Positions 26,482 to 36,565 of a stretch of DNA of 64,000 bases are shown here, in pieces; position 1 is the stretch's first letter; each line of letters opens with the position of its first letter. The position numbers and the translations under genes are program-made. Below the pieces are notes generated by a model. The model was not told the origin of the DNA. It searched no databases and saw only the letters and a list, made by a program, of their open reading frames with translations. Source of the DNA: Victivallales bacterium (GTDB lineage: Bacteria; Verrucomicrobiota; Lentisphaeria; Oligosphaerales; Oligosphaeraceae); the NCBI GenBank assembly GCA_017548425.1, contig JAFZAB010000167.1, positions 2,202 through 66,201 of the forward strand. Reading direction: 5' to 3'.

Positions 26482-28887
26482 ATGAAACACATGAAACAAT
26501 CGCGCACCAGCTTCCGCATGCTTTTCGGCCTGCTCGTCCTGTGCGCAGTCTGCGCTTTCGCAGAAAAAATCGAAAAAATCGCCGTCGTCGCGGATTCACA
26601 GGATTCCAATTATATACAGGAGTCATTGGCGGATCGCGTGTACCATCTTATCCGCACCGCCGCTGGACAGGAATTGAGCGACAAAGTTCTGGCGGACGAC
26701 ATCAAAGTCCTGATGCAGTCCGGCTCGTTTGACGACGTCAAAGTCGAACGCGTATCGCTTGGCGGCGGCCGCGTCGGCATCAATTTCATCGTCAAGCCGA
26801 AACCCGTCGTCACCAACATCACCATCACGGGCAACTCCATCTACAAGACGAAGAAGCTCACCAAGCTCCTCACGCTGGAAATCAACAAGACGCTTAACGA
26901 GCGGAAGCTCGCCGAATCTCGCAAGGCGATTCTGGAAAAATACCAGAACGCAGGCTATTATGGCACGGAAGTGACCACGGCGGAGGAAAGGAACGCCACG
27001 GGCACGGGCGTGAACGTTGTCTTCACCATCAAGGAGAAGCCCCGCTGCAAATTGAAAGGCGTCAATTTCATCGGCAACACGGTTTTCACGGAAAGCGAAC
27101 TGAAATCCGCCATCATCACCAAACGCCAATGGTGGCGCTATATCTTCCGCTTCGGCAATTACTACAATGAATATCAGCATGATCTCGACAAGGAAGCCCT
27201 CCAGAAGCTCTACCAGAACAAAGGTTATCTGGATTTCCAAGTCACCGACATTCTCGAAGACAAGCTGGAAGACGGCAAGTGGGTCGCCCTCACCTACAAA
27301 GTGCAGGAAGGCCTCCCCTACAAGGTGAAATCCATCACCATGACGGGAGCGAACACCTTCACGCCCGAAAAGCTCCTCTCCATGACGAGCCTCAAGGTCG
27401 GCGACTACTACAACGCCGCTCTCGAAGCGTCCGACACGGACATCATGAAATATGTCTATGAGGAAAAAGGCTATCTTGATCTCCGCCTCTATCCCACCCA
27501 TAAGATTGATGCGGATGCGCATTTGGTCGATATCGAATACCGCGTCACGGAAGGCAATGTCTCCAAGATCCGCGACCTCATCATCACTGGTAATGAATAC
27601 ACGCAGGACAAGGTGATCCGCCGCGAAATGGCGATCTTCTCCGAAGACCTTGGCGACAACTCCAAAATCCGCGCCTCCAAAAACCGCCTCATGAATTTGG
27701 GCTACTTCTCCCGCGTTGACATCGTTCCCGCCGTCACGGACACCCCCGATCTCCGCGACCTCCGCATTGAAGTCGAAGAAAAACCCACGGGCAACCTCTC
27801 CGTCGGCGCAGGCTTCTCGACTGAAGATTCCGCCATCGGCTTCCTGGAATTCAGTGAAGCGAACTTTGACATTTCCAAACTGCTGAATCTTGAATGGCCG
27901 CCGAAAGGCGCGGGACAGCGCTTCCGCTCACGCCTGCAGGTCGGTTCACAGGTTTCCAGCGCCAGCATCTCCCTCACGGAGCCTTGGTTCCTCGACAAGA
28001 GACTCGAGCTCCATACCGAACTGTTCCTTAACAACCGTTTCGAAGACGCCTATGATCAGCGCTCCGTCGGCGCCGGCACCATGCTTTCATGGCCGATCTC
28101 CTTCGTCGTCCCCTTCACGGAACATCAGGAATATTGGCGCATGGGCGTCGGTGTCCGCATCGAATACGTCCGCATCAGCCATCTTGACAATGATGAAGAC
28201 GACTTCGCCATGCTGGACGATGATTGGCTCGAACGCTGGTATCAGAATTCCGGCACTGTCCGTGGCCATAACATCTTCGACGACAAAGGCTCCGCCTGGG
28301 CGAACCGCCTGATCTGGCGTGTTTCCCGCGACACCCGCAACGCCTACCGCTTCCCAAGCAGAGGCTCCCTCATCTCCTTGCAGACGGAATATGTCACCGA
28401 AGCGCTCGGCAGCTATGAAAGCTACGGAAAGATCGAACTTTCCGCCGCCAATTACATGCCCGCCTTCAGCGATCTCGTCCTCAAGACCGGTTTCAACTTC
28501 GGTAGCGCAACCAGCGACAAAGTCGCCATCTTCGACCGCTACTTCGCAGGCGGAATCGGAACCATGCGCGGTTTCAAACGCCGCGACGTCGCGCCAGTTG
28601 ACGCCTTCGACGATCCTCTCGGCGGCAACACCATCCTCTGCGGTACGGCCGAACTGCTGAAGCCTGTCAAAGATTTCATGTACGTTTCCACGTTCATCGA
28701 CATCGGCAACGTCTGGTGGGACACCTTCGATTTCGACGCGGATGACCTCAACATCTCCATCGGTGTCGGCATCCAGTTCAAAGTCATCCCGCTCAACCTG
28801 TACTACGGTTATCCCATCCGGACTGGATACGACCATCTCGACCACCGTTCCGGCCGTCTCCATTTCAATATCGGTTATACGTTCTAA
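26482..28887 (+). CDS. bamA: Outer membrane protein assembly factor BamA (Omp85 family)
   Basis: 801 aa with a signal peptide, N-terminal POTRA-like repeats (I..I.I.GN......I), and a C-terminal barrel containing RGF and ending HFNIGYTF. Confidence 0.85.
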   Translation: MKHMKQSRTSFRMLFGLLVLCAVCAFAEKIEKIAVVADSQDSNYIQESLADRVYHLIRTAAGQELSDKVLADDIKVLMQSGSFDDVKVERVSLGGGRVGINFIVKPKPVVTNITITGNSIYKTKKLTKLLTLEINKTLNERKLAESRKAILEKYQNAGYYGTEVTTAEERNATGTGVNVVFTIKEKPRCKLKGVNFIGNTVFTESELKSAIITKRQWWRYIFRFGNYYNEYQHDLDKEALQKLYQNKGYLDFQVTDILEDKLEDGKWVALTYKVQEGLPYKVKSITMTGANTFTPEKLLSMTSLKVGDYYNAALEASDTDIMKYVYEEKGYLDLRLYPTHKIDADAHLVDIEYRVTEGNVSKIRDLIITGNEYTQDKVIRREMAIFSEDLGDNSKIRASKNRLMNLGYFSRVDIVPAVTDTPDLRDLRIEVEEKPTGNLSVGAGFSTEDSAIGFLEFSEANFDISKLLNLEWPPKGAGQRFRSRLQVGSQVSSASISLTEPWFLDKRLELHTELFLNNRFEDAYDQRSVGAGTMLSWPISFVVPFTEHQEYWRMGVGVRIEYVRISHLDNDEDDFAMLDDDWLERWYQNSGTVRGHNIFDDKGSAWANRLIWRVSRDTRNAYRFPSRGSLISLQTEYVTEALGSYESYGKIELSAANYMPAFSDLVLKTGFNFGSATSDKVAIFDRYFAGGIGTMRGFKRRDVAPVDAFDDPLGGNTILCGTAELLKPVKDFMYVSTFIDIGNVWWDTFDFDADDLNISIGVGIQFKVIPLNLYYGYPIRTGYDHLDHRSGRLHFNIGYTF

Positions 28888-28917
28888 TCTCGCCTGACGT
28901 GACATACAAGAAGAAAA

Positions 28918-28942
28918 ACGCAGGGGCGACAAGCCCCTGCGT
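28918..28942 (+). terminator. Stem-loop after bamA (possible weak terminator)
   Basis: ACGCAGGGGC-gacaa-GCCCCTGCGT. Only a short T-run (catgttt) follows. Confidence 0.35.
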
Positions 28943-28956
28943 CATGTTTCCAACCA

Positions 28957-30054
28957 TTGAAGACAATCACCCTGCATATCACGAAGAATATCATCGTCAG
29001 CACTTCCATAGCTTTGGGAGTGCTGACGTTTGTCATGTTGTCAGGCCATTTCTTCCGTGCGTTTGATCTTCTTTCCAAAGGCGTTGCGCCATCGCTTCTC
29101 GTCCGTTTCCTCCTGCTGATGATTCCGGACATGCTGCGGTTCACACTTCCGTTGTCCATTCTTGTCGCGACCGTTCTCATCTTCGGCCGAATGTCATCCG
29201 ACAATGAAATCGTCGCTCTCAAGGCCAGCGGCATCAACCTATGGCAGATCATCGCCCCCGGATTAGCCATTTGCACGGTGTGCTCGATCCTTTGCCTTGC
29301 AATCTCCCTAATCATCTCGCCAGTATGCCGTTACGAAGCGGATACATTGCGTTGGTCCGCGCTGTCCAGCGCCCCCTTCTCCTTGCTCGAGCCCGGTGTG
29401 TTCACGAAACTTTCGAACAAATGCAGCATCCGCGTCCAAAGGCGCGATGGTGACGATTTGGAATACATCCATATCCAACTTCAGAATGGTGAAGGCAACC
29501 TGCAGGACATATCCGCCAAACGAGGCCGAATCCATCTTGATCCGCAGTCGCTTCTTATCAATCTGGAGCTTCATGACGCGATCATCTCCGATATCGCATT
29601 CGGCAACGGATACGCCGTTGCCAAACGCCATCTGTCCGCTGAAACCATCACGCTTCCAATTGATTACGGTTCCTCCCAAGGCAAGAAAAATGTCACGAGA
29701 AAACCGAAATTCATGGATTTGAAAATGCTTTTCGGGCGGATGCGCCTCATGCAGGACGCGGGAGAAGACGTCACGCCGCTCATGATGAACCTTCATCACC
29801 GCCTCTCCCTTTCGCTTTCGCCATTCGCATTTCTTTTGCTCGGCATTCCGTTCGGCATCAGGGGGAAACGCTCCGAATTGTCCGTCGGACTGCTGATTTG
29901 CGTCATTCTCGCGCTCGGCTTCTATGTATTCCTGCTTCTGGCGGGCATGCTTGAAAAGAAACCGCAGTTCCATCCGGAGCTCATCGTCTGGCTCCCCAAT
30001 CTCCTCTATCAGGCTGGAGGGCTTATCGCCCTCCATAAAATAGGCAAACACTAA
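28957..30054 (+). CDS. LptF/LptG-family (YjgP/YjgQ) permease
   Basis: 365 aa with three N-terminal and three C-terminal TM segments flanking a soluble beta-rich insert. TTG start. Its stop overlaps the lepA start (TAATG). Confidence 0.65.
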   Translation: MKTITLHITKNIIVSTSIALGVLTFVMLSGHFFRAFDLLSKGVAPSLLVRFLLLMIPDMLRFTLPLSILVATVLIFGRMSSDNEIVALKASGINLWQIIAPGLAICTVCSILCLAISLIISPVCRYEADTLRWSALSSAPFSLLEPGVFTKLSNKCSIRVQRRDGDDLEYIHIQLQNGEGNLQDISAKRGRIHLDPQSLLINLELHDAIISDIAFGNGYAVAKRHLSAETITLPIDYGSSQGKKNVTRKPKFMDLKMLFGRMRLMQDAGEDVTPLMMNLHHRLSLSLSPFAFLLLGIPFGIRGKRSELSVGLLICVILALGFYVFLLLAGMLEKKPQFHPELIVWLPNLLYQAGGLIALHKIGKH

Positions 30055-31859
30055 TGACTGATCTCGCACATATCCGCAACTTCTGCATCGTCGCGCACGT
30101 TGACCATGGCAAATCAACCTTGGCCGACCGTTTCCTCCTTCATACGAAAACCATTGAAGAACGCACTTTCCATGACCAGATTCTCGACGCCATGGATCTT
30201 GAACAAGAGCGCGGCATCACCATCAAATCGCATCCAGTCCGCATGCGTTATGACGCCGACAACGGCGAAGTCTATGAATTCAATTTGATTGACACGCCCG
30301 GACATGTCGATTTCAGTTATGAAGTCAGCCGTTCGCTCGCGGCCTGCGAAGGAGCCATCCTGCTGGTCGATGCCGCACAAGGCGTCCAGGCCCAGACGAT
30401 GGCCAACGTGAATCTCGCCATCAAGCAGGAACTCGCCATCGTTCCCGTCATCAACAAAGTCGATTTGCCCGCCGCCAACATTCCGATGTGCATGGAGCAA
30501 TTCGAAGAACTGCTCGCCATTCCGTCGGAGGAAGTTCTCCAAGTCTCTGCAAAGACGGGCGTTGGCGTTCGCGAACTGTTGGAAGCGGTCATCCAGCGCG
30601 TTCCGCCGCCGCAGCCTACATCAGACCGCCTGCAGGCGTTGATTTTCGATTCCGTCTATGACGTCTATCGTGGCGTCGTCACCTATGTCCGAATCGTCAA
30701 CGGCTCCATCAAGCCAGGCGACCATATCAAATTCTTCGCATCTTCTTTGGACACAGATGTTAAGGAAGTCGGCTTCTTCTCGCCGGGCATGAAGCCGTCC
30801 GATTCGCTCAGCGCGGGCGAAGTCGGCTACGTCATCACGGCCATCAAGACGCCAACGGATATATCCGTCGGCGATACCATCACGCATGTCATCAATCCTG
30901 CAGACGAACCGCTGCCAGGCTTCCAGAAGATTAGCCCCATGGTCTTCTCAGGCGTCTATCCCATTGATACAGCGGATTATGAGGCGCTGAAATTCAATAT
31001 CGCCAAACTGCGTCTCAACGACAGCGCCTTCGTCGCCCAGCCAGAAAGCTCCATCGCTCTCGGCGCGGGTTTCCGCTGCGGCTTTCTTGGCCTGCTCCAC
31101 ATGGACGTCGTCCAAGAGCGCCTCACGCGCGAATACAATATGGATTTGATTCTCACCTATCCATCCGTCATCTACCATGTCTTCCTTAAGAACGGTACCA
31201 TGAAGGAGATAGACAATCCGCTCTACATGCCCGACCCGAGCACGATCGACCATGTGGAAGAGCCAATGATCAAAGCACAAATCATCTCTCCTGCGACTTA
31301 CATGGGCAATATCATGAATCTCGTGTTGGACAAACGCGGCGTCTGCCTCCGCACGGAAACGGTCGATAAACTGCATGTCATGATCACCGCGCGTATGCCG
31401 CTCCACGAAATCGTTCTTGATTTCTACGACAAACTGAAGACGTGCACACGCGGTTATGGTTCAATGGATTACGATCCAGACGGCTATGAAACCGCTCCGA
31501 CCGTCAAGCTTGAAATTCTCGTCAACGGCGAACCCGTTGACGCTTTCGCCTCCATCTGCCATGCGGACCGCGCCGTCGCACGCGCCCGCATGATTTGCGA
31601 ACGTCTTAGCGAAGCCATTCCGCCGCAGATGTTTAAGATCGCCATCCAAGGCGCCATCGGCGGCAAAATCATCGCCCGCGAAGATGTTCGTCAGCTCCGC
31701 AAGAACGTTCTCGCCAAATGCTACGGCGGCGATATCACCCGTAAACGCAAGCTTCTTGACAAGCAGCGCGAAGGCAAGAAGCGCATGAAGGAAATCGGCA
31801 ACGTCAACATCCCGCAAGAGGCGTTCGTCGCCGTCCTCCGCTCCAACGACGAGAACTAA
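30054..31859 (+). CDS. lepA: Elongation factor 4 (LepA)
   Basis: IRNFCIVAHVDHGKSTLADR, DTPGHVDF, NKVD, and the characteristic C-terminal YGGDITRKRKLL.KQ.EGKKRMK. Confidence 0.92.
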   Translation: MTDLAHIRNFCIVAHVDHGKSTLADRFLLHTKTIEERTFHDQILDAMDLEQERGITIKSHPVRMRYDADNGEVYEFNLIDTPGHVDFSYEVSRSLAACEGAILLVDAAQGVQAQTMANVNLAIKQELAIVPVINKVDLPAANIPMCMEQFEELLAIPSEEVLQVSAKTGVGVRELLEAVIQRVPPPQPTSDRLQALIFDSVYDVYRGVVTYVRIVNGSIKPGDHIKFFASSLDTDVKEVGFFSPGMKPSDSLSAGEVGYVITAIKTPTDISVGDTITHVINPADEPLPGFQKISPMVFSGVYPIDTADYEALKFNIAKLRLNDSAFVAQPESSIALGAGFRCGFLGLLHMDVVQERLTREYNMDLILTYPSVIYHVFLKNGTMKEIDNPLYMPDPSTIDHVEEPMIKAQIISPATYMGNIMNLVLDKRGVCLRTETVDKLHVMITARMPLHEIVLDFYDKLKTCTRGYGSMDYDPDGYETAPTVKLEILVNGEPVDAFASICHADRAVARARMICERLSEAIPPQMFKIAIQGAIGGKIIAREDVRQLRKNVLAKCYGGDITRKRKLLDKQREGKKRMKEIGNVNIPQEAFVAVLRSNDEN

Positions 31860-31876
31860 CTCCGCCATAGGCGGAG

Positions 31877-31996
31877 AGCTTAAAGCTTAAAGCCAAAAGC
31901 TTAAAGCTAAAAGACATACGTTATAATCCCTCACATCATAATCTCTTAAATCTTAACTCTTTGTTATTACTTTCAGCTTTTAGCTTTAAGCTTTAA
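31877..31996. repeat. Heptamer array (AGCTTAA-type x5) plus 18-bp inverted repeat flanking a TATAAT box
   Basis: AGCTTAA AGCTTAA AGCCAAA AGCTTAA AGCTAAA at 31877-31911. AAAGCTTAAAGCTAAAAG (31896-31913) is the exact reverse complement of 31977-31994. TATAAT at 31922-31927 lies between the arms. Confidence 0.8.
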
Positions 31997-32002
31997 TTCA
32001 TC

Positions 32003-33532
32003 ATGCCATTATACGTCCAAATCATCGTCGATCTCGCCGTCTTCTGGTTCTTCTTCGGAAACTATGTCCAGAAGTACTGCCGCACGCCGCAGGGAAAGCG
32101 CAAATACCAGCTTGCGCAAATCGAGAAGTTCTTCCACAACTATCTCCTTCGCGACCGCGATATTCTGGAACCACGCTATGTCCAACGTCTTACGGATATT
32201 TTGGACGATATTCGCAACGCGCGAAAATCCAATGACGACCAACTGATTTCCAAAACGTTGGAAAAGTATTCGAACGACATTCCAGGCCTCCCGCCCGCCA
32301 AGAAAGGTGCCAAAATTTCTGATCAGTTGGAAGTTCTCGTCGTCGCTCTCGGTCTCGCGTTCGGCGTCCGTTCGCTCTTCATCCAGCCGTTCAAGATTCC
32401 GACGGGCAGTATGCAACCCACCCTCTACGGCATCCACTTCACGCCAGCGGAGGAACTTCCCTCCACGAAAATCGGCAAGTTCTTCTCTTTCTTGAACTTC
32501 TCGCGACAGAACATCGATGTCGTCGCCAAAAGTGACGGACGTTTCGATTGGGATTCCATGCAGCCCGGAAAGAACTATCTCCCGTTCTTCCCGTCAACGC
32601 AGTTTCTCATCGGCATGGACGTCTATCGCGTGCCCGGTTCCGTCGCGGAAGTCCAACGGTCTATTTACGAATATTATCAGGAGAAGGCTCGCAAAGGCCC
32701 TCTCTCCTTCCGCCAGTCCGATCCGCTAATCATCTACAATCAAGGTGCTTATCCAATTTTCGTCCGCCAGTCGGGCGAACTCGACTGGAGCACTTTGAAA
32801 CTTGCCGCCAATTCGACGGCTGAACATCCAGTCACGACGCTGAAAATTGGATCTGAAACATATGAACTGCCCGGGCTGCCGGAGGATATCAAACGGAACA
32901 TCATCCGCCTCTATCTCAATCCCTCCACGTCGCGCTTCTTCGATTTGAAGGCGGGCGATACGCTTATCCGCGGCTTCCTTGAAACAGGCGACCATTTGTT
33001 TGTCAATCGCCTCAGCCTTGCGTTCAAAGAACCAAAACGCGGCGATGTCATGGTCTTCACGACGGACGATCTCGAAGATCCAGATGGCAGCGGTTTCGGT
33101 GGCCGCTACTACGTCAAACGGCTCGTCGGCCTGCCGGGAGACACACTAAAGATCGTTGATAGAAAGCTTTACGTTAAACCTAAAGGAGAAGCGGATTTCC
33201 GTCTGCTGGACGCTAACGACGCCAAAGGATTTGAACGAATCTATTCCGAAACGGGCGCTTATCATGGCTATGCCCACATGCCCGAACCCGCCATCCATCT
33301 CACAAGCAATTCCGCCGAAATGCAGATTCCGGAAGGACATTACGTCATGCTCGGCGACAACTCTGAAAACAGCAAAGACAGCCGCTACTGGGGCAGCGTG
33401 CCGCGCAAGAATCTCGTCGGCAAGCCAGGCGTTGTCTGGTGGCCGCTCAGCCGTCGATGGGGCTTCATCGACCGTCTTGATCCAGATCCCGCCATTGGCC
33501 CCACGCCCGCCAACTATCCCGTCATTCCATGA
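32003..33532 (+). CDS. lepB: Signal peptidase I with large insertion
   Basis: Catalytic Ser box IPTGSMQPTL, GDHLFVNR, catalytic Lys box YVKRLVGLPGD, and GDNSENSKDSRYWG. Confidence 0.85.
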   Translation: MPLYVQIIVDLAVFWFFFGNYVQKYCRTPQGKRKYQLAQIEKFFHNYLLRDRDILEPRYVQRLTDILDDIRNARKSNDDQLISKTLEKYSNDIPGLPPAKKGAKISDQLEVLVVALGLAFGVRSLFIQPFKIPTGSMQPTLYGIHFTPAEELPSTKIGKFFSFLNFSRQNIDVVAKSDGRFDWDSMQPGKNYLPFFPSTQFLIGMDVYRVPGSVAEVQRSIYEYYQEKARKGPLSFRQSDPLIIYNQGAYPIFVRQSGELDWSTLKLAANSTAEHPVTTLKIGSETYELPGLPEDIKRNIIRLYLNPSTSRFFDLKAGDTLIRGFLETGDHLFVNRLSLAFKEPKRGDVMVFTTDDLEDPDGSGFGGRYYVKRLVGLPGDTLKIVDRKLYVKPKGEADFRLLDANDAKGFERIYSETGAYHGYAHMPEPAIHLTSNSAEMQIPEGHYVMLGDNSENSKDSRYWGSVPRKNLVGKPGVVWWPLSRRWGFIDRLDPDPAIGPTPANYPVIP

Positions 33533-33561
33533 TGCCACATTAACATAACCACAACAGAATC

Positions 33562-35598
33562 ATGACCATACGAGCCATCATCTTAGGTCTTCTGGGCGCC
33601 GCTCTCATCTGCGGTTGCAGCTATTTCAACGACCAGATTCTGCAACAGACCTATCTTGTCGGCAACAACATGCCCATCACGGTCTATGGTTTTCTGATTC
33701 TCTTCTGCCTTATCGTCAATCCGTTGCTCAGGAAGCACGCTTTCAAGGGAAAAGAGCTCGCGTTGATTATCGCCATGACGCTTGCCGCCTGCTGCGTGCC
33801 GGGCGCGGGATTGCTACGGACATTTTCAACATCCCTCATCCTGCCGCATCACATTAATAAGACGGAGCCTGGCTGGAAGTCCAATAACATCTTGGAAATC
33901 ATCCCTGAACGCATGCTTGCGGATGTCTCGCAGGACGAAGGCACATCGCTGATTGGCTTCGTTCAAGGGCTCGGCGGTGTCGATAAGAAATTCACCCTCT
34001 TCGACGTTCCATGGAACGCATGGTCGCGACCGCTTCTCTTCTGGGTTCCGCTAGTTCTAACCGTATGGCTGTCGATGATCGCACTCGCGCCTATGTTTCA
34101 TCGACAATGGGCTCAGCATGAACATCTTCCGTATCCAGTCGCCGCATTCACAAACGCCCTGCTCCCCACGGAAAAATCCAATCTTTCAGACGTTTTCAAA
34201 AACAAATTCTTCTGGTTTGCGACGGCGTTTGTCTTTCTGATTCATTTCAACAACTTTCTCTGCTCATGGTATCCGGAATACATGATACCATGCAAGACGT
34301 CCATCAATCTCGTGCCGATGGCGAAGCTCGTGCCCGCCTTCCAACGCGGCAACGGCGCAGGACTGCTGGCTCCCGTCATCTATTTTTCCATCGTCGGGCT
34401 GGCGTATTTTCTCTCGTCTGACGTCGTACTATCTTGCAGTATCGGTCCTTACATCTGGTGTTATGTCTGCGGTTGCTTCGCCGCCTACGGCATTTCGCTG
34501 ACCGAAACCATCGACGGCACATACTATCTCGGCCTCAACTTGCAATCCATGCTGAATTTCGGTGCGTATTTCGGCATGTTCATCATCATTCTCTATTTGG
34601 GCAGACGGTATTACGCAAGCGCCTTCAAACGCGCAATTGGCCTCAAATCCGGCGACTATGTGGAGCCGCATGTCGTCAACGGCGTCCGATGTTTTCTCAT
34701 CCTGTTGCCGTTGCTGTTCATCCAGATGCTGGCCGTCGGCCTCGAATGGCCGCTCGCTATCCTTTACATCGCCGTCCTGTTCCTTTTCTACATCATGATC
34801 TCCCGCGTCATGTGCGAGACGGGCATCTTCTACATCCAGCCGTTCTTCATGCCGTCAGGCGTCGTCTGGGCATTGTTCGGTTCGGGAACGCTTGGGACAA
34901 AGCAACTGATGATTCTGCTGATGTTCAGCTTGGTTCTTGTCGTTGATCCACGCGAAACACTCATGCCGTTCATTTCCGGCTCGTTGAAAGTCAATGACGA
35001 CCAGCAGTTGAAGCTCGGCAAATCGATTTCATGGTGCACTGTCGCATTGATCGTCGGCATGGCCATCGCGATTCCGATGACCATTTTCCTGCAATATAAA
35101 TATGGTACGCCATGGGCCGACACATGGGCGAGCAAAGTCGTTCCACGAATGACATGCGACAACGTCAATGCCGTCGCCCAGAAGCTTTTGCAGCAGGACA
35201 AGCTTGAAACGACAGCGGCCTACACGAGTCTGCAACGAATCATGGCGATGCGCCCCGAACCGTCCGCCATGCTGGCGGGCATCATCGGCATCGCCTTGGT
35301 ATTGGTTTTCGCATTTGCACGACTCCATATCACATGGTGGCCCATCCATCCCGTATTATTTCTGGTCTGGGCGACGGAACCGCAGCGACGTATGGCGGGA
35401 GCCTTTCTCATCGGCTGGATCATCAAGTCGCTTGTCTCCAAATACGGCGGTGCCAAATGCTACCAGCTGTTGAAACCAACCATGTTCGGATTGGTCGCGG
35501 GCGAAATTCTCGGAGCTTTGATCCCCTGCATCATTTGCGCCATCTACTACGGCATGACGAAGGAAATCCCGCCCCGCTTCATGGTGCTGCCGTCTTGA
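33562..35598 (+). CDS. Large polytopic inner-membrane protein of unknown function
   Basis: 678 aa with many hydrophobic segments throughout (at least 12 by eye). I recognised no transporter signature motif. Confidence 0.6.
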   Translation: MTIRAIILGLLGAALICGCSYFNDQILQQTYLVGNNMPITVYGFLILFCLIVNPLLRKHAFKGKELALIIAMTLAACCVPGAGLLRTFSTSLILPHHINKTEPGWKSNNILEIIPERMLADVSQDEGTSLIGFVQGLGGVDKKFTLFDVPWNAWSRPLLFWVPLVLTVWLSMIALAPMFHRQWAQHEHLPYPVAAFTNALLPTEKSNLSDVFKNKFFWFATAFVFLIHFNNFLCSWYPEYMIPCKTSINLVPMAKLVPAFQRGNGAGLLAPVIYFSIVGLAYFLSSDVVLSCSIGPYIWCYVCGCFAAYGISLTETIDGTYYLGLNLQSMLNFGAYFGMFIIILYLGRRYYASAFKRAIGLKSGDYVEPHVVNGVRCFLILLPLLFIQMLAVGLEWPLAILYIAVLFLFYIMISRVMCETGIFYIQPFFMPSGVVWALFGSGTLGTKQLMILLMFSLVLVVDPRETLMPFISGSLKVNDDQQLKLGKSISWCTVALIVGMAIAIPMTIFLQYKYGTPWADTWASKVVPRMTCDNVNAVAQKLLQQDKLETTAAYTSLQRIMAMRPEPSAMLAGIIGIALVLVFAFARLHITWWPIHPVLFLVWATEPQRRMAGAFLIGWIIKSLVSKYGGAKCYQLLKPTMFGLVAGEILGALIPCIICAIYYGMTKEIPPRFMVLPS

Positions 35599-35607
35599 GG
35601 AAAAAGG

Positions 35608-36537
35608 TTATTTTTCCTCTTGTATCACATACGGGGGGCGGCGCTTCACTTCCTTGTAAATTTTGGAAATATAAAGCCCCATCACGCCGAGCATGATGAA
35701 TTGCAGGCCGCTGAAAAACGTCAGGCAGACGAAAATCGTCGTATAGCCAGGCACTGGTTCGTGGAAGAACAATGTCTTGATGATTGTCTTGACGCACATC
35801 ACCGCCGCAAACAGGCATGTCACCACGCCTAAGCCGAAAGACGCGGTCAGCGGAACCGTCGAAAACGACGTAATTCCTTCCATCGCATATCGTAGCAACT
35901 TCCAGAACGACCATTTGGTTTTACCGCTCTGACGCTCCTCAAAGTCGAAAGACAGCCATTTGACACGATGCCCAACCCAAACGAAAATGCCCTTGGAAAA
36001 ACGGTTGGTCTCTTTCAACGATAGCACGGATTGCAGATACGCGCGGTTCATCATGCGAAAATCACGGGCGCCTTCTTTCAGTTCGACATCCGTCATTTTC
36101 GTCATCAGCCAATAGAACATTCGTGCAAAAATATTCAGACAGAATGTTTTCTTGTCGCGTTGCGAACGGCAGGTCGCAACACAGTCGTATTCGCCGCTTT
36201 CCAATGCGTCGAACATTTCCGGCAGCCGTTCAGGCGGATCCTGCAAGTCAGCATCCATGACGGCGACATAGTCGCCTTTCGCACTTTCCATGCCAGCCAA
36301 CATCGCCGCCTCTTTTCCGAAATTTCGAGAGAAGGAGCAGTAGTGGACGCGTTCGTCATTCGCCTGCAACGACTTGATGGCATCAAGCGTCCCGTCGTGT
36401 GAGCCATCATCAACGAAGCGGAATTCCAACTGCGCCTTTCCTTCCAACGGCCGCAGGGCTTCCAAGACAGTCTTGTAAAGAAGCCCTAGGCCGCTTTCTT
36501 CATTATAACATGGGATGACAAGCGAAATCAGTTTCAT
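35608..36537 (-). CDS. GT2 polyprenyl-phosphate glycosyltransferase (ArnC/GtrB/DPM1-like)
   Basis: SLVIPCYNEE, VDDGSHDGT, DADLQDPP (DxD), and two C-terminal TM helices. Confidence 0.8.
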   Translation of the reverse strand: MKLISLVIPCYNEESGLGLLYKTVLEALRPLEGKAQLEFRFVDDGSHDGTLDAIKSLQANDERVHYCSFSRNFGKEAAMLAGMESAKGDYVAVMDADLQDPPERLPEMFDALESGEYDCVATCRSQRDKKTFCLNIFARMFYWLMTKMTDVELKEGARDFRMMNRAYLQSVLSLKETNRFSKGIFVWVGHRVKWLSFDFEERQSGKTKWSFWKLLRYAMEGITSFSTVPLTASFGLGVVTCLFAAVMCVKTIIKTLFFHEPVPGYTTIFVCLTFFSGLQFIMLGVMGLYISKIYKEVKRRPPYVIQEEK

Positions 36538-36565
36538 GGAAAAACCTCAAGAAAGTGGCGCGGTA

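Noticed and set aside
31877-31911. Possible CRISPR-like arrays at the short tandem repeats (also 45503-45529).
   Set aside because: The units are only 7-9 nt, they abut directly without spacers, and no cas genes are present.
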